Made by a program: the position numbers and the translations under genes. The notes below the pieces were generated by a model, which ran no database searches, was not told the origin of the DNA, and saw only the letters and a program-made list of their open reading frames with translations. From Eledone cirrhosa (taxonomy: Eukaryota), in contig OZ024740.1 in NCBI GenBank assembly GCA_964016885.1, forward strand, positions 50,096,001 through 50,160,000: DNA of 64,000 nt, read 5' to 3'. Positions 26,001 through 42,500 of this stretch are shown here, piece after piece (the first letter of the stretch is position 1; each line of letters begins with the position of its first letter).

Positions 26001-28625
26001 TGGTCTATCGATAAGGAACACAAGACATACTCTGTAGATAAGGAACAACAGACATGGTCTGTACATAAGGAATAACAGACATGGTCTATAGATAAGGAAC
26101 AAGACATGGTCTGTAGATAAGGAACAACAGACATGGTCTGTAGATAAGGAACGACAAACATGGTAAATAGATAAGGAACAACAGACTTGGTCTGTAGATA
26201 AGGAATAACAGACATGGTCTATATATAAGGAACAACAGACATGGTCTGTAGATAAGGAACAACAAACATGGTCTATAGATAAGGAATAACAGACATGGTC
26301 TGTAGATAAGGAACAACAGACATGGTCTGTAGATAAGGAACAACAGACATGGTCTATAGATAAGGAACAACAGACATGGTCTTTAGATACGGAACAACAG
26401 ACATGGTCTATAGATAAGGGGCAACAGACATGGTCTGTAGATAAGGAACAAGACATGGTCTGTAGATAAGGAACAACAGACATGGTCTGTAGATAAGGAA
26501 CAATAGACAGTCTGTAGATAAGGAACAACAGACGCGGTCTGTAGATATGCAACATAAGACATGGTCTATAGATAAGGAACACAAGACATAGTCTGTAGAT
26601 AAAGAACAATAGACATAGTCTGTAGATAAGGAAAAACAGACATGGTCTGTAGATAAGGAACAACAAATATGGTCTGTAGATAAGGAACAACAAATATGGT
26701 CTGTAGATAAGGAAGAAACATGGTCTATACATAAGGAACAGACATGGTCTATAGATAAGGAACAACAGACATGGTCTGTAGATAAGAAACAACAGACAAA
26801 GTCTATTGATCAGGAACAGACATGGTTTATAGATAAGAAACAACAGACATGGTCTGTAGATAAGGAACAACACACAGTCTGTAGATAAGGAATAACAGAC
26901 ATTGTCTATAGATAAGGAACAACAGACATGGTCTGTAGATAAGGAACAAGAGACATGGTCTATAGATAAGGAACAAGACATGGTCTGTAGATAAGGAACA
27001 ACAGACATGGTCTGTAGGTAAGGAACAACAGACATGGTCTGTAGATAAGGAACAAAAGACATGGTCTGTAGATAACGAACAAGACATGGTCTGTAGATAA
27101 GGAACAACAGACATGGTCTATAGATAAGGAATAACAGACATGGTCTGTAGGTAAGGAACAACAGACATGGTCTATAGATAAGGAACAAGACATGGTCTGT
27201 AGATAAGGAACAACAGACATGGTCTGTAGGTAAGGAACAACAGACATGGTCTATAGATAAGGAACAAAAGACATGGTCTGTAGATAACGAACAAGACATG
27301 GTCTGTAGATAAGGAACAACAGACATGGTCTATAGATAAAGATTAACAGACATGGTCTGTAGGTAAGGAACAACAGACATGGTCTATAGATAAGGAACAA
27401 GACATGGTCTGTAGATAAGGAACAACAGACATGGTCTGTAGGTAAGGAACAACAGACATGGTCTATAGATAAGGAATAACAGACATGGTCTATAGATAAG
27501 GAACAACAGACATGGTCTATAGATAAGGAACAAGACAAGGTCTGTAGATAAGGAACAACAGACATGGTCTGTAGATAAGGAACAACAGACATGGTCTGTA
27601 GGTAAGTAACAACAGACATGGTCTGTAGATAAGGAACAACAGACATGGTCTATAGATAAGGAACAACAGACATGGTCTTTAGATACGGAACAACAGACAT
27701 GGTCTATAGATAAGGAGCAACAGACATGGTCTGTAGATAAGGAACAAGACATGGTCTGTAGATAAGTAACAACAGACATGGTCTGTAGATAAGGAACAAT
27801 AGACAGTCTGTAGATAAGGAACAACAGACGCGGTCTGTAGATAAGCAACACAAGACATGGTCTATAGATAAGGAACACAAGACATAGTCTGTAGATAAGG
27901 AACAATAGACATAGTCTGTAGATAAGGAAAAACAGACATGGTCTGTAGATAAGGAACAACAAATATGGTCTGTAGATAAGGAACAACAAATATGGTCTGT
28001 AGATAAGGAACAAACATGGTCTATACATAAGGAACAGACATGGTCTATAGATAAGGAACAACAGACATGGTCTGTAGATAAGAAACAACAGACAAAGTCT
28101 ATTGATCAGGAACAGACATGGTTTATAGATAAGAAACAACAGACATGGTCTGTAGATAAGGAACAACACACAGTCTGTAGATAAGGAATAACAGACATTG
28201 TCTATAGATAAGGAACAACAGACATGGTCTGTAGATAAGGAACAAGAGACATGGTCTATAGATAAGGAACAAGACATGGTCTGTAGATAAGGAACAACAG
28301 ACATGGTCTGTAGGTAAGGAACAACAGACATGGTTTGTAGATAAGGAACAAAAGACATGGTCTGTAGATAACGAACAAGACATGGTCTGTAGATAAGGAA
28401 CAACAGACATGGTCTATAGATAAGGAATAACAGACATGGTCTGTAGGTAAGGAACAACAGACATGGTCTATAGATAAGGCACAAGACATGGTCTGTAGAT
28501 AAGGAACAACAGACATGGTCTGTAGGTAAGGAACAACAGACATGGTCTATAGATAAGGAACAAGACATGGTCTATAGATAAGGAATAACAGACATGGTCT
28601 ATAGATAAGGAACAACAGACATGGT

Positions 28626-31600
28626 CTATAGATAAGGAACAAGACAAGGTCTGTAGATAAGGAACAACAGACATGGTCTATAGATAAGGAACAACAGACA
28701 TGGTCTGTAGGTAAGGAACAACAGACATGGTCTGTAGATAAGGAACAACAGACATGGTCTGTAGATAATGTAAAACAGACATGGTCTGTAGATATGGAAC
28801 AAAAGACATGGTCTGTAGATAAGGAACAAGACATGGTCTGTAGGTAAGGAATAACAGACATGGTCTGTAGGTAAGGAACAACAGACATGGTCTGTAGATA
28901 AGGAACAACAGACATGGTCTGTAGATAAGGAACAACAGACATGGTCTATAGATAAGGAACAACAGACATGGTCTATAGATAAGGAATAACAGACATGGTC
29001 TGTAGGTAAGGAACAACAGACATGGTCTGTAGATAAGGAACAACAAACATGGTCTATAGATAAGGAATAACAGACATGGTCTGTAGATAAGGAACAACAG
29101 ACATGGTCTGTAGATAAGGAACGACAAACATGGTCAATAGATAAGGAACAACAGACTTGGTCTGTAGATAAGGAATAACAGACATGGTCTATATATAAGG
29201 AACAACAGACATGGTCTGTAGATAAGGAACAACAAACATGGTCTATAGATAAGGAATAACAGACATGGTCTGTAGATAAGGAACAACAGACATGGTCTGT
29301 AGATAAGGAACAACAGACATGGTCTATAGATAAGGAACAACAGACATGGTCTTTAGATACGGAACAACAGACATGGTCTATAGATAAGGAGCAACAGACA
29401 TGGTCTGTAGATAAGGAACAAGACATGGTCTGTAGATAAGGAACAACAGACATGGTCTGTAGATAAGGAACAATAGACAGTCTGTAGATAAGGAACAACA
29501 GACGCGGTCTGTAGATAAGCAACACAAGACATGGTCTATAGATAAGGAACACAAGACATAGTCTGTAGATAAGAAACAATAGACATAGTCTGTAGATAAG
29601 GAAAAACAGACATGGTCTGTAGATAAGGAACAAGACAAGGTCTGTAGATAAGGAACAACAGACATGGTCTGTAGATAAGGAACAACAGACATGGTCTGTA
29701 GGTAAGTAACAACAGACATGGTCTATCGATAAGGAACACAAGACATACTCTGTAGATAAGGAACAACAGACATGGTCTGTACATAAGGAATAACAGACAT
29801 GGTCTATAGATAAGGAACAAGACATGGTCTGTAGATAAGGAACAACAGACATGGTCTGTAGATAAGGAACGACAAACATGGTCAATAGATAAGGAACAAC
29901 AGACTTGGTCTGTAGATAAGGAATAACAGACATGGTCTATATATAAGGAACAACAGACATGGTCTGTAGATAAGGAACAACAAACATGGTCTATAGATAA
30001 GGAATAACAGACATGGTCTGTAGATAAGGAACAACAGACATGGTCTGTAGATAAGGAACAACAGACATGGTCTATAGATAAGGAACAACAGACATGGTCT
30101 TTAGATACGGAACAACAGACATGGCCTATAGATAAGGAGCAACAGACATGGCCTGTAGATAAGGAACAAGACATGGTCTGTAGATAAGGAACAACAGACA
30201 TGGTCTGTAGATAAGGAACAATAGACAGTCTGTAGATAAGGAACAACAGACGCGGTCTGTAGATAAGCAACACAAGACATGGTCTATAGATAAGGAACAC
30301 AAGACATAGTCTGTAGATAAGGAACAATAGACATAGTCTGTAGATAAGGAAAAACAGACATGGTCTGTAGATAAGGAACAACAAATATGGTCTGTAGATA
30401 AGGAACAACAAATATGGTCTGTAGATAAGGAATAAACATGGTCTATACATAAGGAACAGACATGGTCTATAGATAAGGAACAACAGACATGGTCTGTAGA
30501 TAAGAAACAACAGACAAAGTCTATTGATCAGGAACAGACATGGTTTATAGATAAGAAACAACAGACATGGTCTGTAGATAAGGAACAACACACAGTCTGT
30601 AGATAAGGAATAACAGACATTGTCTATAGATAAGGAACAACAGACATGGTCTGTAGATAAGGAACAAGAGACATGGTCTATAGATAAGGAACAAGACATG
30701 GTCTGTAGATAAGGAACAACAGACATGGTCTGTAGGTAAGGAACAACAGACATGGTCTGTAGATAAGGAACAAAAGACATGGTCTGTAGATAACGAACAA
30801 GACATGGTCTGTAGATAAGGAACAACAGACATGGTCTATAGATAAGGAATAACAGACATGGTCTGTAGGTAAGGAACAACAGACATGGTCTATAGATAAG
30901 GAACAAGACATGGTCTGTAGATAAGGAACAACAGACATGGTCTGTAGGTAAGGAACAACAGACATGGTCTATAGATAAGGAACAAGACATGGTCTATAGA
31001 TAAGGAATAACAGACATGGTCTATAGATAAGGAACAACAGACATGGTCTATAGATAAGGAACAAGACAAGGTCTGTAGATAAGGAACAACAGACATGGTC
31101 TATAGATAAGGAACAACAGACATGGTCTGTAGGTAAGGAACAACAGACATGGTCTGTAGATAAGGAACAACAGACATGGTCTGTAGATAATGTAAAACAG
31201 ACATGGTCTGTAGATATGGAACAAAAGACATGGTCTGTAGATAAGGAACAAGACATGGTCTGTAGGTAAGGAATAACAGACATGGTCTGTAGGTAAGGAA
31301 CAACAGACATGGTCTGTAGATAAGGAACAACAGACATGGTCTGTAGATATGGAACAAAAGACATGGTCTGTAGATAAGGAACAAGACATGGTCTGTAGGT
31401 AAGGAATAACAGACATGGTCTGTAGGTAAGGAACAACATACATGGTCTGTAGATAAGGAACAACAGACATGGTCTGTAGATAAGGAACAACAGACATGGT
31501 CTATAGATAAGGAACAACAGACATGGTCTATAGATAAGGAATAACAGACATGGTCTGTAGATAAGGAACAACAGACATGGTCTGTAGATAAGGAACGACA

Positions 31601-33570
31601 AACATGGTCAATAGATAAGGAACAACAGACTTGGTCTGTAGATAAGGAATAACAGACATGGTCTATATATAAGGAACAACAGACATGGTCTGTAGATAAG
31701 GAACAACAAACATGGTCTATAGATAAGGAATAACAGACATGGTCTGTAGATAAGGAACAACAGACATGGTCTGTAGATAAGGAACAACAGACATGGTCTA
31801 TAGATAAGGAACAACAGACATGGTCTTTAGATACGGAACAACAGACATGGTCTATAGATAAGGAGCAACAGACATGGTCTGTAGATAAGGAACAAGACAT
31901 GGTCTGTAGATAAGGAACAACAGACATGGTCTGTAGATAAGCAACAATAGACAGTCTGTAGATAAGGAACAACAGACGCGGTCTGTAGATAAGCAACACA
32001 AGACATGGTCTATAGATAAGGAACACAAGACATAGTCTGTAGATAAGAAACAATAGACATAGTCTGTAGATAAGGAAAAACAGACATGGTCTGTAGATAA
32101 GGAACAAGATAAGGTCTGTAGATAAGGAACAACAGACATGGTCTGTAGATAAGGAACAACAGACATGGTCTGTAGGTAAGTAACAACAGACATGGTCTAT
32201 CGATAAGGAACACAAGACATACTCTGTAGATAAGGAACAACAGACATGGTCTGTACATAAGGAATAACAGACATGGTCTATAGATAAGGAACAAGACATG
32301 GTCTGTAGATAAGGAACAACAGACATGGTCTGTAGATAAGGAACGACAAACATGGTCAATAGATAAGGAACAACAGACTTGGTCTGTAGATAAGGAATAA
32401 CAGACATGGTCTATATATAAGGAACAACAGACATGGTCTGTAGATAAGGAACAACAAACATGGTCTATAGATAAGGAATAACAGACATGGTCTGTAGATA
32501 AGGAACAACAGACATGGTCTGTAGATAAGGAACAACAGACATGGTCTATAGATAAGGAACAACAGACATGGTCTTTAGATACGGAACAACAGACATGGTC
32601 TATAGATAAGGAGCAACAGACATGGTCTGTAGATAAGGAACAAGACATGGTCTGTAGATAAGGAACAACAGACATGGTCTGTAGATAAGGAACAATAGAC
32701 CGTCTGTAGATAAGGAACAACAGACGCGGTCTGTAGATAAGCAACACAAGACATGGTCTATAGATAAGGAACACAAGACATAGTCTGTAGATAAGGAACA
32801 ATAGACATAGTCTGTAGATAAGGAAAAACAGACATGGTCTGTAGATAAGGAACAACAAATATGGTCTGTAGATAAGGAACAACAAATATGGTCTGTAGAT
32901 AAGGAACAAACATGGTCTATACATAAGGAACAGACATGGTCTATAGATAAGGAACAACAGACATGGTCTGTAGATAAGAAACAACAGACAAAGTCTATTG
33001 ATCAGGAACAGACATGGTTTATAGATAAGAAACAACAGACATGGTCTGTAGATGAGGAACAACACACAGTCTGTAGATAAGGAATAACAGACATTGTCTA
33101 TAGATAAGGAACAACAGACATGGTCTGTAGATAAGGAACAAGAGACATGGTCTATAGATAAGGAACAAGACATGGTCTGTAGATAAGGAACAACAGACAT
33201 GGTCTGTAGGTAAGGAACAACAGACATGGTCTGTAGATAAGGAACAAAAGACATGGTCTGTAGATAACGAACAAGACATGGTCTGTAGATAAGGAACAAC
33301 AGACATGGTCTATAGATAAGGAATAACAGACATGGTCTGTAGGTAAGGAACAACAGACATGGTCTATAGATAAGGAACAAGACATGGTCTGTAGATAAGG
33401 AACAACAGACATGGTCTGTAGGTAAGGAACAACAGACATGGTCTATAGATAAGGAACAAGACATGGTCTATAGATAAGGAATAACAGACATGGTCTATAG
33501 ATAAGGAACAACAGACATGGTCTATAGATAAGGAACAAGACAAGGTCTGTAGATAAGGAACAACAGACAT
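28626..33570. repeat. ~2.47-kb higher-order tandem duplication
   Basis: ORF pairs offset by exactly 2474 bp (28626/31100, 29134/31608, 29536/32010, 30545/33019, 30890/33364) and the marker ATTGATC at 30523/32997. Confidence 0.88.
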
Positions 33571-36500
33571 GGTCTATAGATAAGGAACAACAGACATGGT
33601 CTGTAGATAAGGAACAACAGACATGGTCTGTAGATAATGTAAAACAGACATGGTCTGTAGATATGGAACAAAAGACATGGTCTGTAGATAAGGAACAAGA
33701 CATGGTCTGTAGGTAAGGAATAACAGACATGGTCTGTAGGTAAGGAACAACAGACATGGTCTGTAGATAAGGAACAACAGACATGGTCTGTAGATAAGGA
33801 ACAACAGACATGGTCTATAGATAAGGAACAACAGACATGGTCTATAGATAAGGAATAACAGACATGGTCTGTAGGTAAGGAACAACAGACATGGTCTGTA
33901 GATAAGGAACAACAAACATGGTCTATAGATAAGGAATAACAGACATGGTCTGTAGATAAGGAACAACAGACATGGTCTGTAGATAAGGAACGACAAACAT
34001 GGTCAATAGATAAGGAACAACAGACTTGGTCTGTAGATAAGGAATAACAGACATGGTCTATATATAAGGAACAACGGACATGGTCTATAGATAAGGAACA
34101 AGACAAGGTCTGTAGATAAGGAACAACAGACATGGTCTGTAGGTAAGGAACAACAGACATGGTCTATAGATAAGGAACAAGACATGGTCTATAGATAAGG
34201 AATAACAGACATGGTCTATAGATAAGGAACAACAGACATGGTCTATAGATAAGGAACAAGACAAGGTCTGTAGATAAGGAACAACAGACATGGTCTGTAG
34301 ATAAGGAACAACAGACATGGTCTGTAGGTAAGTAACAACAGACATGGTCTGTAGGTAAGGAACAACAGACATGGTCTATAGATAAGGAACAAGACATGGT
34401 CTGTAGATAAGGAACAACAGACATGGTCTGTAGGTAAGGAACAACAGACATGGTCTATAGATAAGGAACAAGACATGGTCTATAGATAAGGAATAACAGA
34501 CATGGTCTATAGATAAGGAACAACAGACATGGTCTATAGATAAGGAACAAGACAAGGTCTGTAGATAAGGAACAACAGACATGGTCTGTAGATAAGGAAC
34601 AACAGACATGGTCTGTAGGTAAGTAACAACAGACATGGTCTATGGATAAGGAACACAAGACATACACTGTAGATAAGGAACAACAGACATGGTCTGTACA
34701 TAAGGAATAACAGACATGGTCTATAGATAAGGAACAAGACATGGTCTGTAGATAAGGAACAACAGACATGGTCTGTAGGTAAGGAACAACAGATATGGTC
34801 TGTAGGTAAGGAACAACAGACATGGTCTGTAGGTAAGGAACAACAGACATGGTCTATAGATAAGGCACAACAGACATCGTCTGTAGATAAGGAACAACAA
34901 ACATGGTCTGTAGATAAGGAACATGAGACATGGTCTATAGATAAGGAACAAAAGACATGGTCTGTAGATAAGGAACAAGACATGGTCTGTAGATAAGGAA
35001 CAACAGACATGGTCTATAGATAAGGAACAGCAGACATGGTCTGTAGATATGGAATAACAGACATGGTCTATAGATAAGGAACAACAAACATGGTCTATAG
35101 ATAAGGAATAACAGACATGGTCTATAGATAAGGAACAACAGACATGGTCTATAGATAAGGAACAACAGACATGGTCTGTAGATAAGGAAAAACAGACATG
35201 GTCTGTAGGTAAGGAACAACAGACATGGTCTATAGATAAGGAACAAACATGGTCTGTAGATAAGGAACAACATACATGGTCTATAGATAAGGAACAACAG
35301 CCGCGGTCTGTAGATAAGGAACAACAGACATGGTCTGTAGGTAAGGAACAACAGACATGGTCTGTAGATAAGGAACAACAGACATGGTCTGTAGATAATG
35401 TAAAACAGACATGGTCTGTAGATAAGGAACAAAAGACATGGTCTGTAGATAAGGAACAAGACATGGTCTGTAGGTAAGGAATAACAGACATGGTCTGTAG
35501 GTAAGGTACAACGGACATGGTCTGTAGATAAGGAACAACAGACATGGTCTGTAGATAAGGAACAACAGACATGGTCTATAGATAAGGAACAACAGACATG
35601 GTCTATAGATAAGGAATAACAGACATGGTCTGTAGGTAAGGAACAACAGATATGGTCTGTAGATAAGGAACAACAAACATGGTCTATAGATAAGGAATAA
35701 CAGACATGGTCTGTAGATAAGGAACAACAGACATGGTCTGTAGATAAGGAACGACAAACATGGTCAATAGATAAGGAACAACAGACTTGGTCTGTAGATA
35801 AGGAATAACAGACATGGTCTATATATAAGGAACAACAGACATGGTCTGTAGATAAGGAACAACAAACATGGTCTATAGATAAGGAATAACAGACATGGTC
35901 TGTACATAAGGAACAACAGACATGGTCTGTAGATAAGGAACAACAGACATGGTCTATAGATAAGGAACAACAGACATGGTCTTTAGATACGGAACAACAG
36001 ACATGGTCTATAGATAAGGAACAAGACAAGGTCTGTAGATAAGGAACAACAGACATGGTCTGTAGGTAAGTAACAACAGACATGGTCTATCGATAAGGAA
36101 CACAAGACATACTCTGTAGATAAGGAACAACAGACATGGTCTGTACATAAGGAATAACAGACATGGTCTATAGATAAGGAACAAGACATGGTCTGTAGAT
36201 AAGGAACAACAGACATGGTCTGTAGGTAAGGAACAACAGATATGGTCTGTAGGTAAGGAACAACAGACATGGTCTGTAGGTAAGGAACAACAGACATGGT
36301 CTATAGATAAGGCACAACAGACATCGTCTGTAGATAAGGAACAACAAACATGGTCTGTAGATAAGGAACATCAGACATGGTCTATAGATAAGGAACAAAA
36401 GACATGGTCTGTAGATAAGGAACAACACATGGTCTGTAGATATGGAATAACAGACATGGTCTATAGATAAGGAACAACAAACATGGTCTATAGATAAGGA

Positions 36501-39500
36501 ATAACAGACATGGTCTATAGATAAGGAACAACAGACATGGTCTATAGATAAGCAACAACAGACATGGTCTGTAGATAAGGAAAAACAGACATGGTCTGTA
36601 GGTAAGGAACAACAGACATGGTCTATAGATAAGGAACAAACATGGTCTGTAGATAAGGAACAACATACATGGTCTATAGATAAGGAACAACAGACATGGT
36701 CTGTAGATATGGAATAACAGACATGGTCTATAGATAAGGAACAACAAACATGGTCTATAGATAAGGAATAACAGACATGGTCTATAGATAAGGAACAACA
36801 GACATGGTCTATAGATAAGGAACAACAGACATGGTCTGTAGATAAGGAAAAACAGACATGGTCTGTAGGTAAGGAACAACAGACATGGTCTATAGATAAG
36901 GAACAAACATGGTCTGTAGATAAGGAACAACATACATGGTCTATAGATAATGAACAACAGCCGCGGTCTGTAGATAAGGAACAACAGACATGGTCTGTAG
37001 GTAAGGAACAACAGACATGGTCTGTAGATAAGGAACAACAGACATGGTCTGTAGATAATGTAAAACAGACATGGTCTGTAGATAAGGAACAAAAGACATG
37101 GTCTGTAGATAAGGAACAAGACATGGTCTGTAGGTAAGGAATAACAGACATGGTCTGTAGGTAAGGAACAACAGACATGGTCTGTAGATAAGGAACAACA
37201 GACATGGTCTGTAGATAAGGAACGACAAACATGGTCAATAGATAAGGAACAACAGACTTGGTCTGTAGATAAGGAATAACAGACATGGTCTATATATAAG
37301 GAACAACAGACATGGTCTGTAGATAAGGAACAACAAACATGGTCTATAGATAAGGAATAACAGACATGGTCTGTAGATAAGGAACAACAGACATGGTCTG
37401 TAGATAAGGAACAACAGACATGGTCTATAGATAAGGAACAACAGATATGGTCTTTAGATACGGAACAACAGACATGGTCTATAGATAAGGAGCAACAGAC
37501 ATGGTCTGTAGATAAGGAACAAGACATGGTCTGTAGATAAGGAACAACAGACATGGTCTGTAGATAAGGAACAATAGACAGTCTGTGGATAAGGAACAAC
37601 AGACGCGGTCTGTAGATAAGCAACACAAGACATGGTCTATAGATAAGGAACACAAGACATAGTCTGTAGATAAGGAACAATAGACATAGTCTGTAGATAA
37701 GGAAAAACAGACATGGTCTGTAGATAAGGAACAACAAATATGGTCTGTAGATAAGGAACAACAAATATGGTCTGTAGATAAGGAACGAACATGGTCTATA
37801 CATAAGGAACAGACATGGTCTATAGATAAGGAACAACAGACATGGTCTGTAGATAAGAAACAACAGACAAAATCTATTGATCAGGAACAGACATGGTTTA
37901 TAGATAAGAAACAACAGACATGGTCTGTAGTTAAGGAACAACACACAGTCTGTAGATAAGGAATAACAGACATTGTCTATAGATAAGGAACAACAGACAT
38001 GGTCTGTAGATAAGGAACAAGAGACATTGTCTATAGATAAGGAACAAGACATGGTCTGTAGATAAGGAACAACAGACATGGTCTGTAGGTAAGGAACAAC
38101 AGACATGGTCTGTAGATAAGGAACAAAAGACATGGTCTGTAGATAACGAACAAGACATGGTCTGTAGATAAGGAACAACAGACATGGTCTATAGATAAGG
38201 AATAACAGACATGGTCTGTAGGTAAGGAACAACAGACATGGTCTATAGATAAGGAACAAGACATGGTCTATAGATAAGGAATAACAGACATGGTCTATAG
38301 ATAAGGAACAACAGACATGGTCTATAGATAAGGAACAAGACAAGGTCTGTAGATAAGGAACAACAGACATGGTCTGTAGATAAGGAACAACAGACATGGT
38401 CTGTAGGTAAGTAACAACAGACATGGTCTATCGATAAGGAACACAAGACATACTCTGTAGATAAGGAACAACAGACATGGTCTGTACATAAGGAATAACA
38501 GACATGGTCTATAGATAAGGAACAAGACATGGTCTGTAGATAAGGAACAACAGACATGGTCTGTAGGTAAGGAACAACAGATATGGTCTGTAGTTAAGGA
38601 ACAACAGACATGGTCTGTAGGTAAGGAACAACAGACATGGTCTATAGATAAGGCACAACAGACATCGTCTGTAGATAAGGAACAACAAACATGGTCTGTA
38701 GATAAGGAACATCAGACATGGTCTATAGATAAGGAACAACAGACATGGTCTGTAGATAAGGAACAACAGACATGGTCTATAGATAAGGAACAAGACATGG
38801 TCTATAGATAAGGAACAACAGACATGGTCTATAGATAAGGAATAACAGACATGGTCTGTAGATAAGGAACAACAGACATGGTCTGTAGGTAAGGAACAAC
38901 AGACATGGTCTGTAGATAAGGAACAACAAACATGATCTATAGATAAGGAATAACAGACATGGTCTGTAGATAAGGAACAACATACATGGTCTATAGATAA
39001 AGAACAACAGCCGCGGTCTGTAGATAAGGAACAACAGACATGGTCTGTAGGTAAGGAACAACAGACATGATCTGTAGATAAGGAACAACAGACATGGTCT
39101 GTAGATAATGTAAAACAGACATGGTCTGTAGATAAGGAACAAAAGACATGGTCTGTAGATAAGGAACAACAGTCATGGTCTGTAGATAAGGTACAACAGA
39201 CATGGTCTGTAGATAAGGAACAAGACATGGTCTGTAGGTAAGGAATAACAGACATGGTCTGTACGTAAGGAACAACAGACATGGTCTGTAGATAAGGAAC
39301 AACAGACATGGTCTGTAGATAAGGAACAACAGACATGGTCTATAGATAAGGAACAACAGACATGGTCTATAGATAAAGAATAACAGACATGGTCTGTAGG
39401 TAAGGAACAACAGACATGGTCTGTAGATAAGGAACAACAAACATGGTCTATAGATAAGGAACAACAGACATGGTCTGTAGATATGGAATAATAGACATGG

Positions 39501-42500
39501 TCTATAGATAAGGAACAACAAACATGGTCTATAGATAAGGAATAACAGACATGGACTATAGATAAGGAACAACAGACATGGTCTGTAGATAAGGAACAAC
39601 AGACATGGTCTGTAGATAAGGAAAAACAGACATGGTCTGTAGGTAAGGAACAACAGACATGGTCTATAGATAAGGAACAAACATGGTCTGTAGATAAGGA
39701 ACAACATACATGGTCTATAGATAAGGAACAACAGCCGCAGTCTGTAGATAAGGAACAACAGACATGGTCTGTAGGTAAGGAACAACAGACATGGTCTGTA
39801 GATAAGGAACAACAGACATGGTCTGTAGATAATGTAAAACAGACATGGTCTGTAGATAAGGAACAAAAGACATGGTCTGTAGATAAGGAACAAGACATGG
39901 TCTGTAGGTAAGGAATAACAGACATGGTCTGTAGGTAAGGAACAACAGACATGGTCTGTAGATAAGGAACAACAGACATGGTCTGTAGATAAGGAACAAC
40001 AGACATGGTCTATAGATAAGGAACAACAGACATGGTCTATAGATAAGGAATAACAGACATGGTCTGTAGGTAAGGAACAACAGACATGGTCTGTAGATAA
40101 GGAACAACAAACATGGTCTATAGATAAGGAATAACAGACATGGTCTGTAGATAAGGAACAACAGACATGGTCTATAGATAAGGAACAACAGACATGGTCT
40201 ATAGATAAGGAATAACAGACATGGTCTGTAGGTAAGGAACAACAGACATGGTCTGTAGATAAGGAACAACAAACATGGTCTATAGATAAGGAACAAGACA
40301 TGGTCTGTAGATAAGGAACAACAGACATGGTCTATAGATAAGGAACAACAGACATGGTCTGTAGATATGGAATAACAGACATGGTCTATAGATAAGGAAC
40401 AACAAACATGGTCTATAGATAAGGAATAACAGACATGGTCTATAGATAAGGAACAACAGACATGGTCTATAGATAAGGAACAACAGACATGGTCTGTAGA
40501 TAAGGAAAAACAGACATGGTCTGTAGGTAAGGAACAACAGACATGGTCTATAGATAAGGAACAAACATGGTCTGTAGATAAGGAACAACATACATGGTCT
40601 ATAGATAAGGAACAACAGCCGCGGTCTGTAGATAAGGAACAACAGACATGGTCTGTAGGTAAGGAACAACAGACATGGTCTGTAGATAAGGAACACCAGA
40701 CATGGTCTGTAGATAATGTAAAACAGACATGGTCTGTAGATAAGGAACAAAAGACATGGTCTGTAGATAAGGAACAAGACATGGTCTGTAGGTAAGGAAT
40801 AACAGACATGGTCTGTAGGTAAGGAACAAAAGACATGGTCTGTAGATAAGGAACAACAGACATGGTCTGTAGATAAGGAACAACAGACATGGTCTATAGA
40901 TAAGGAACAACAGACATGGTCTATAGATAAGGAATAACAGACATGGTCTGTAGGTAAGGAACAACAGACATGGTCTGTAGATAAGGAACAACAAACATGG
41001 TCTATAGATAAGGAATAACAGACATGGTCTGTAGATAAGGAACAACAGACATGGTCTGTAGATAAGGAACGACAAACATGGTCAATAGATAAGGAACAAC
41101 AGACTTGGTCTGTAGATAAGGAATAACAGACATGGTCTATATATAAGGAACAACAGACATGGCCTGTAGATAAGGAACAACAAACATGGTCTATAGATAA
41201 GGAATAACAGACATGGTCTGTAGATAAGGAACAACAGACATGGTCTGTAGATAAGGAACAACAGACATGGTCTATAGATAAGGAACAACAGACATGGTCT
41301 TTAGATAAGGAACAACAGCCGCAGTCTGTAGATAAGGAACAACAGACATGGTCTGTAGATAAGGAAAAACAGACATGGTCTGTAGGTAAGGAACAACAGA
41401 CATGGTCTATAGATAAGGAACAAACATGGTCTGTAGATAAGGAACAACATACATGGTCTATAGATAAGGAACAACAGCCGCAGTCTGTAGATAAGGAACA
41501 ACAGACATGGTCTGTAGGTAAGGAACAACAGACATGGTCTGTAGATAAGGAACAACAGACATGGTCTGTAGATAATGTAAAACAGACATGGTCTGTAGAT
41601 AAGGAACAAAAGACATGGTCTGTAGATAAGGAACAAGACATGGTCTGTAGGTAAGGAATAACAGACATGGTCTGTAGGTAAGGAACAACAGACATGGTCT
41701 GTAGATAAGGAACAACAGACATGGTCTGTAGATAAGGAACAACAGACATGGTCTATAGATAAGGAACAACAGACATGGTCTATAGATAAGGAATAACAGA
41801 CATGGTCTGTAGGTAAGGAACAACAGACATGGTCTGTAGATAAGGAACAACAAACATGGTCTATAGATAAGGAATAACAGACATGGTCTGTAGATAAGGA
41901 ACAACAGACATGGTCTATAGATAAGGAACAACAGACATGGTCTATAGATAAGGAATAACAGACATGGTCTGTAGGTAAGGAACAACAGACATGGTCTGTA
42001 GATAAGGAACAACAAACATGGTCTATAGATAAGGAACAAGACATGGTCTGTAGATAAGGAACAACAGACATGGTCTATAGATAAGGAACAACAGACATGG
42101 TCTGTAGATATGGAATAACAGACATGGTCTATAGATAAGGAACAACAAACATGGTCTATAGATAAGGAATAACAGACATGGTCTATAGATAAGGAACAAC
42201 AGACATGGTCTATAGATAAGGAACAACAGACATGGTCTGTAGATAAGGAAAAACAGACATGGTCTGTAGGTAAGGAACAACAGACATGGTCTCGATAAGG
42301 AACAAACATGGTCTGTAGATAAGGAACAACATACATGGTCTATAGATAAGGAACAACAGCCGCGGTCTGTAGATAAGGAACAACAGACATGGTCTGTAGG
42401 TAAGGAACAACAGACATGGTCTGTAGATAAGGAACACCAGACATGGTCTGTAGATAATGTAAAACAGACATGGTCTGTAGATAAGGAACAAAAGACATGG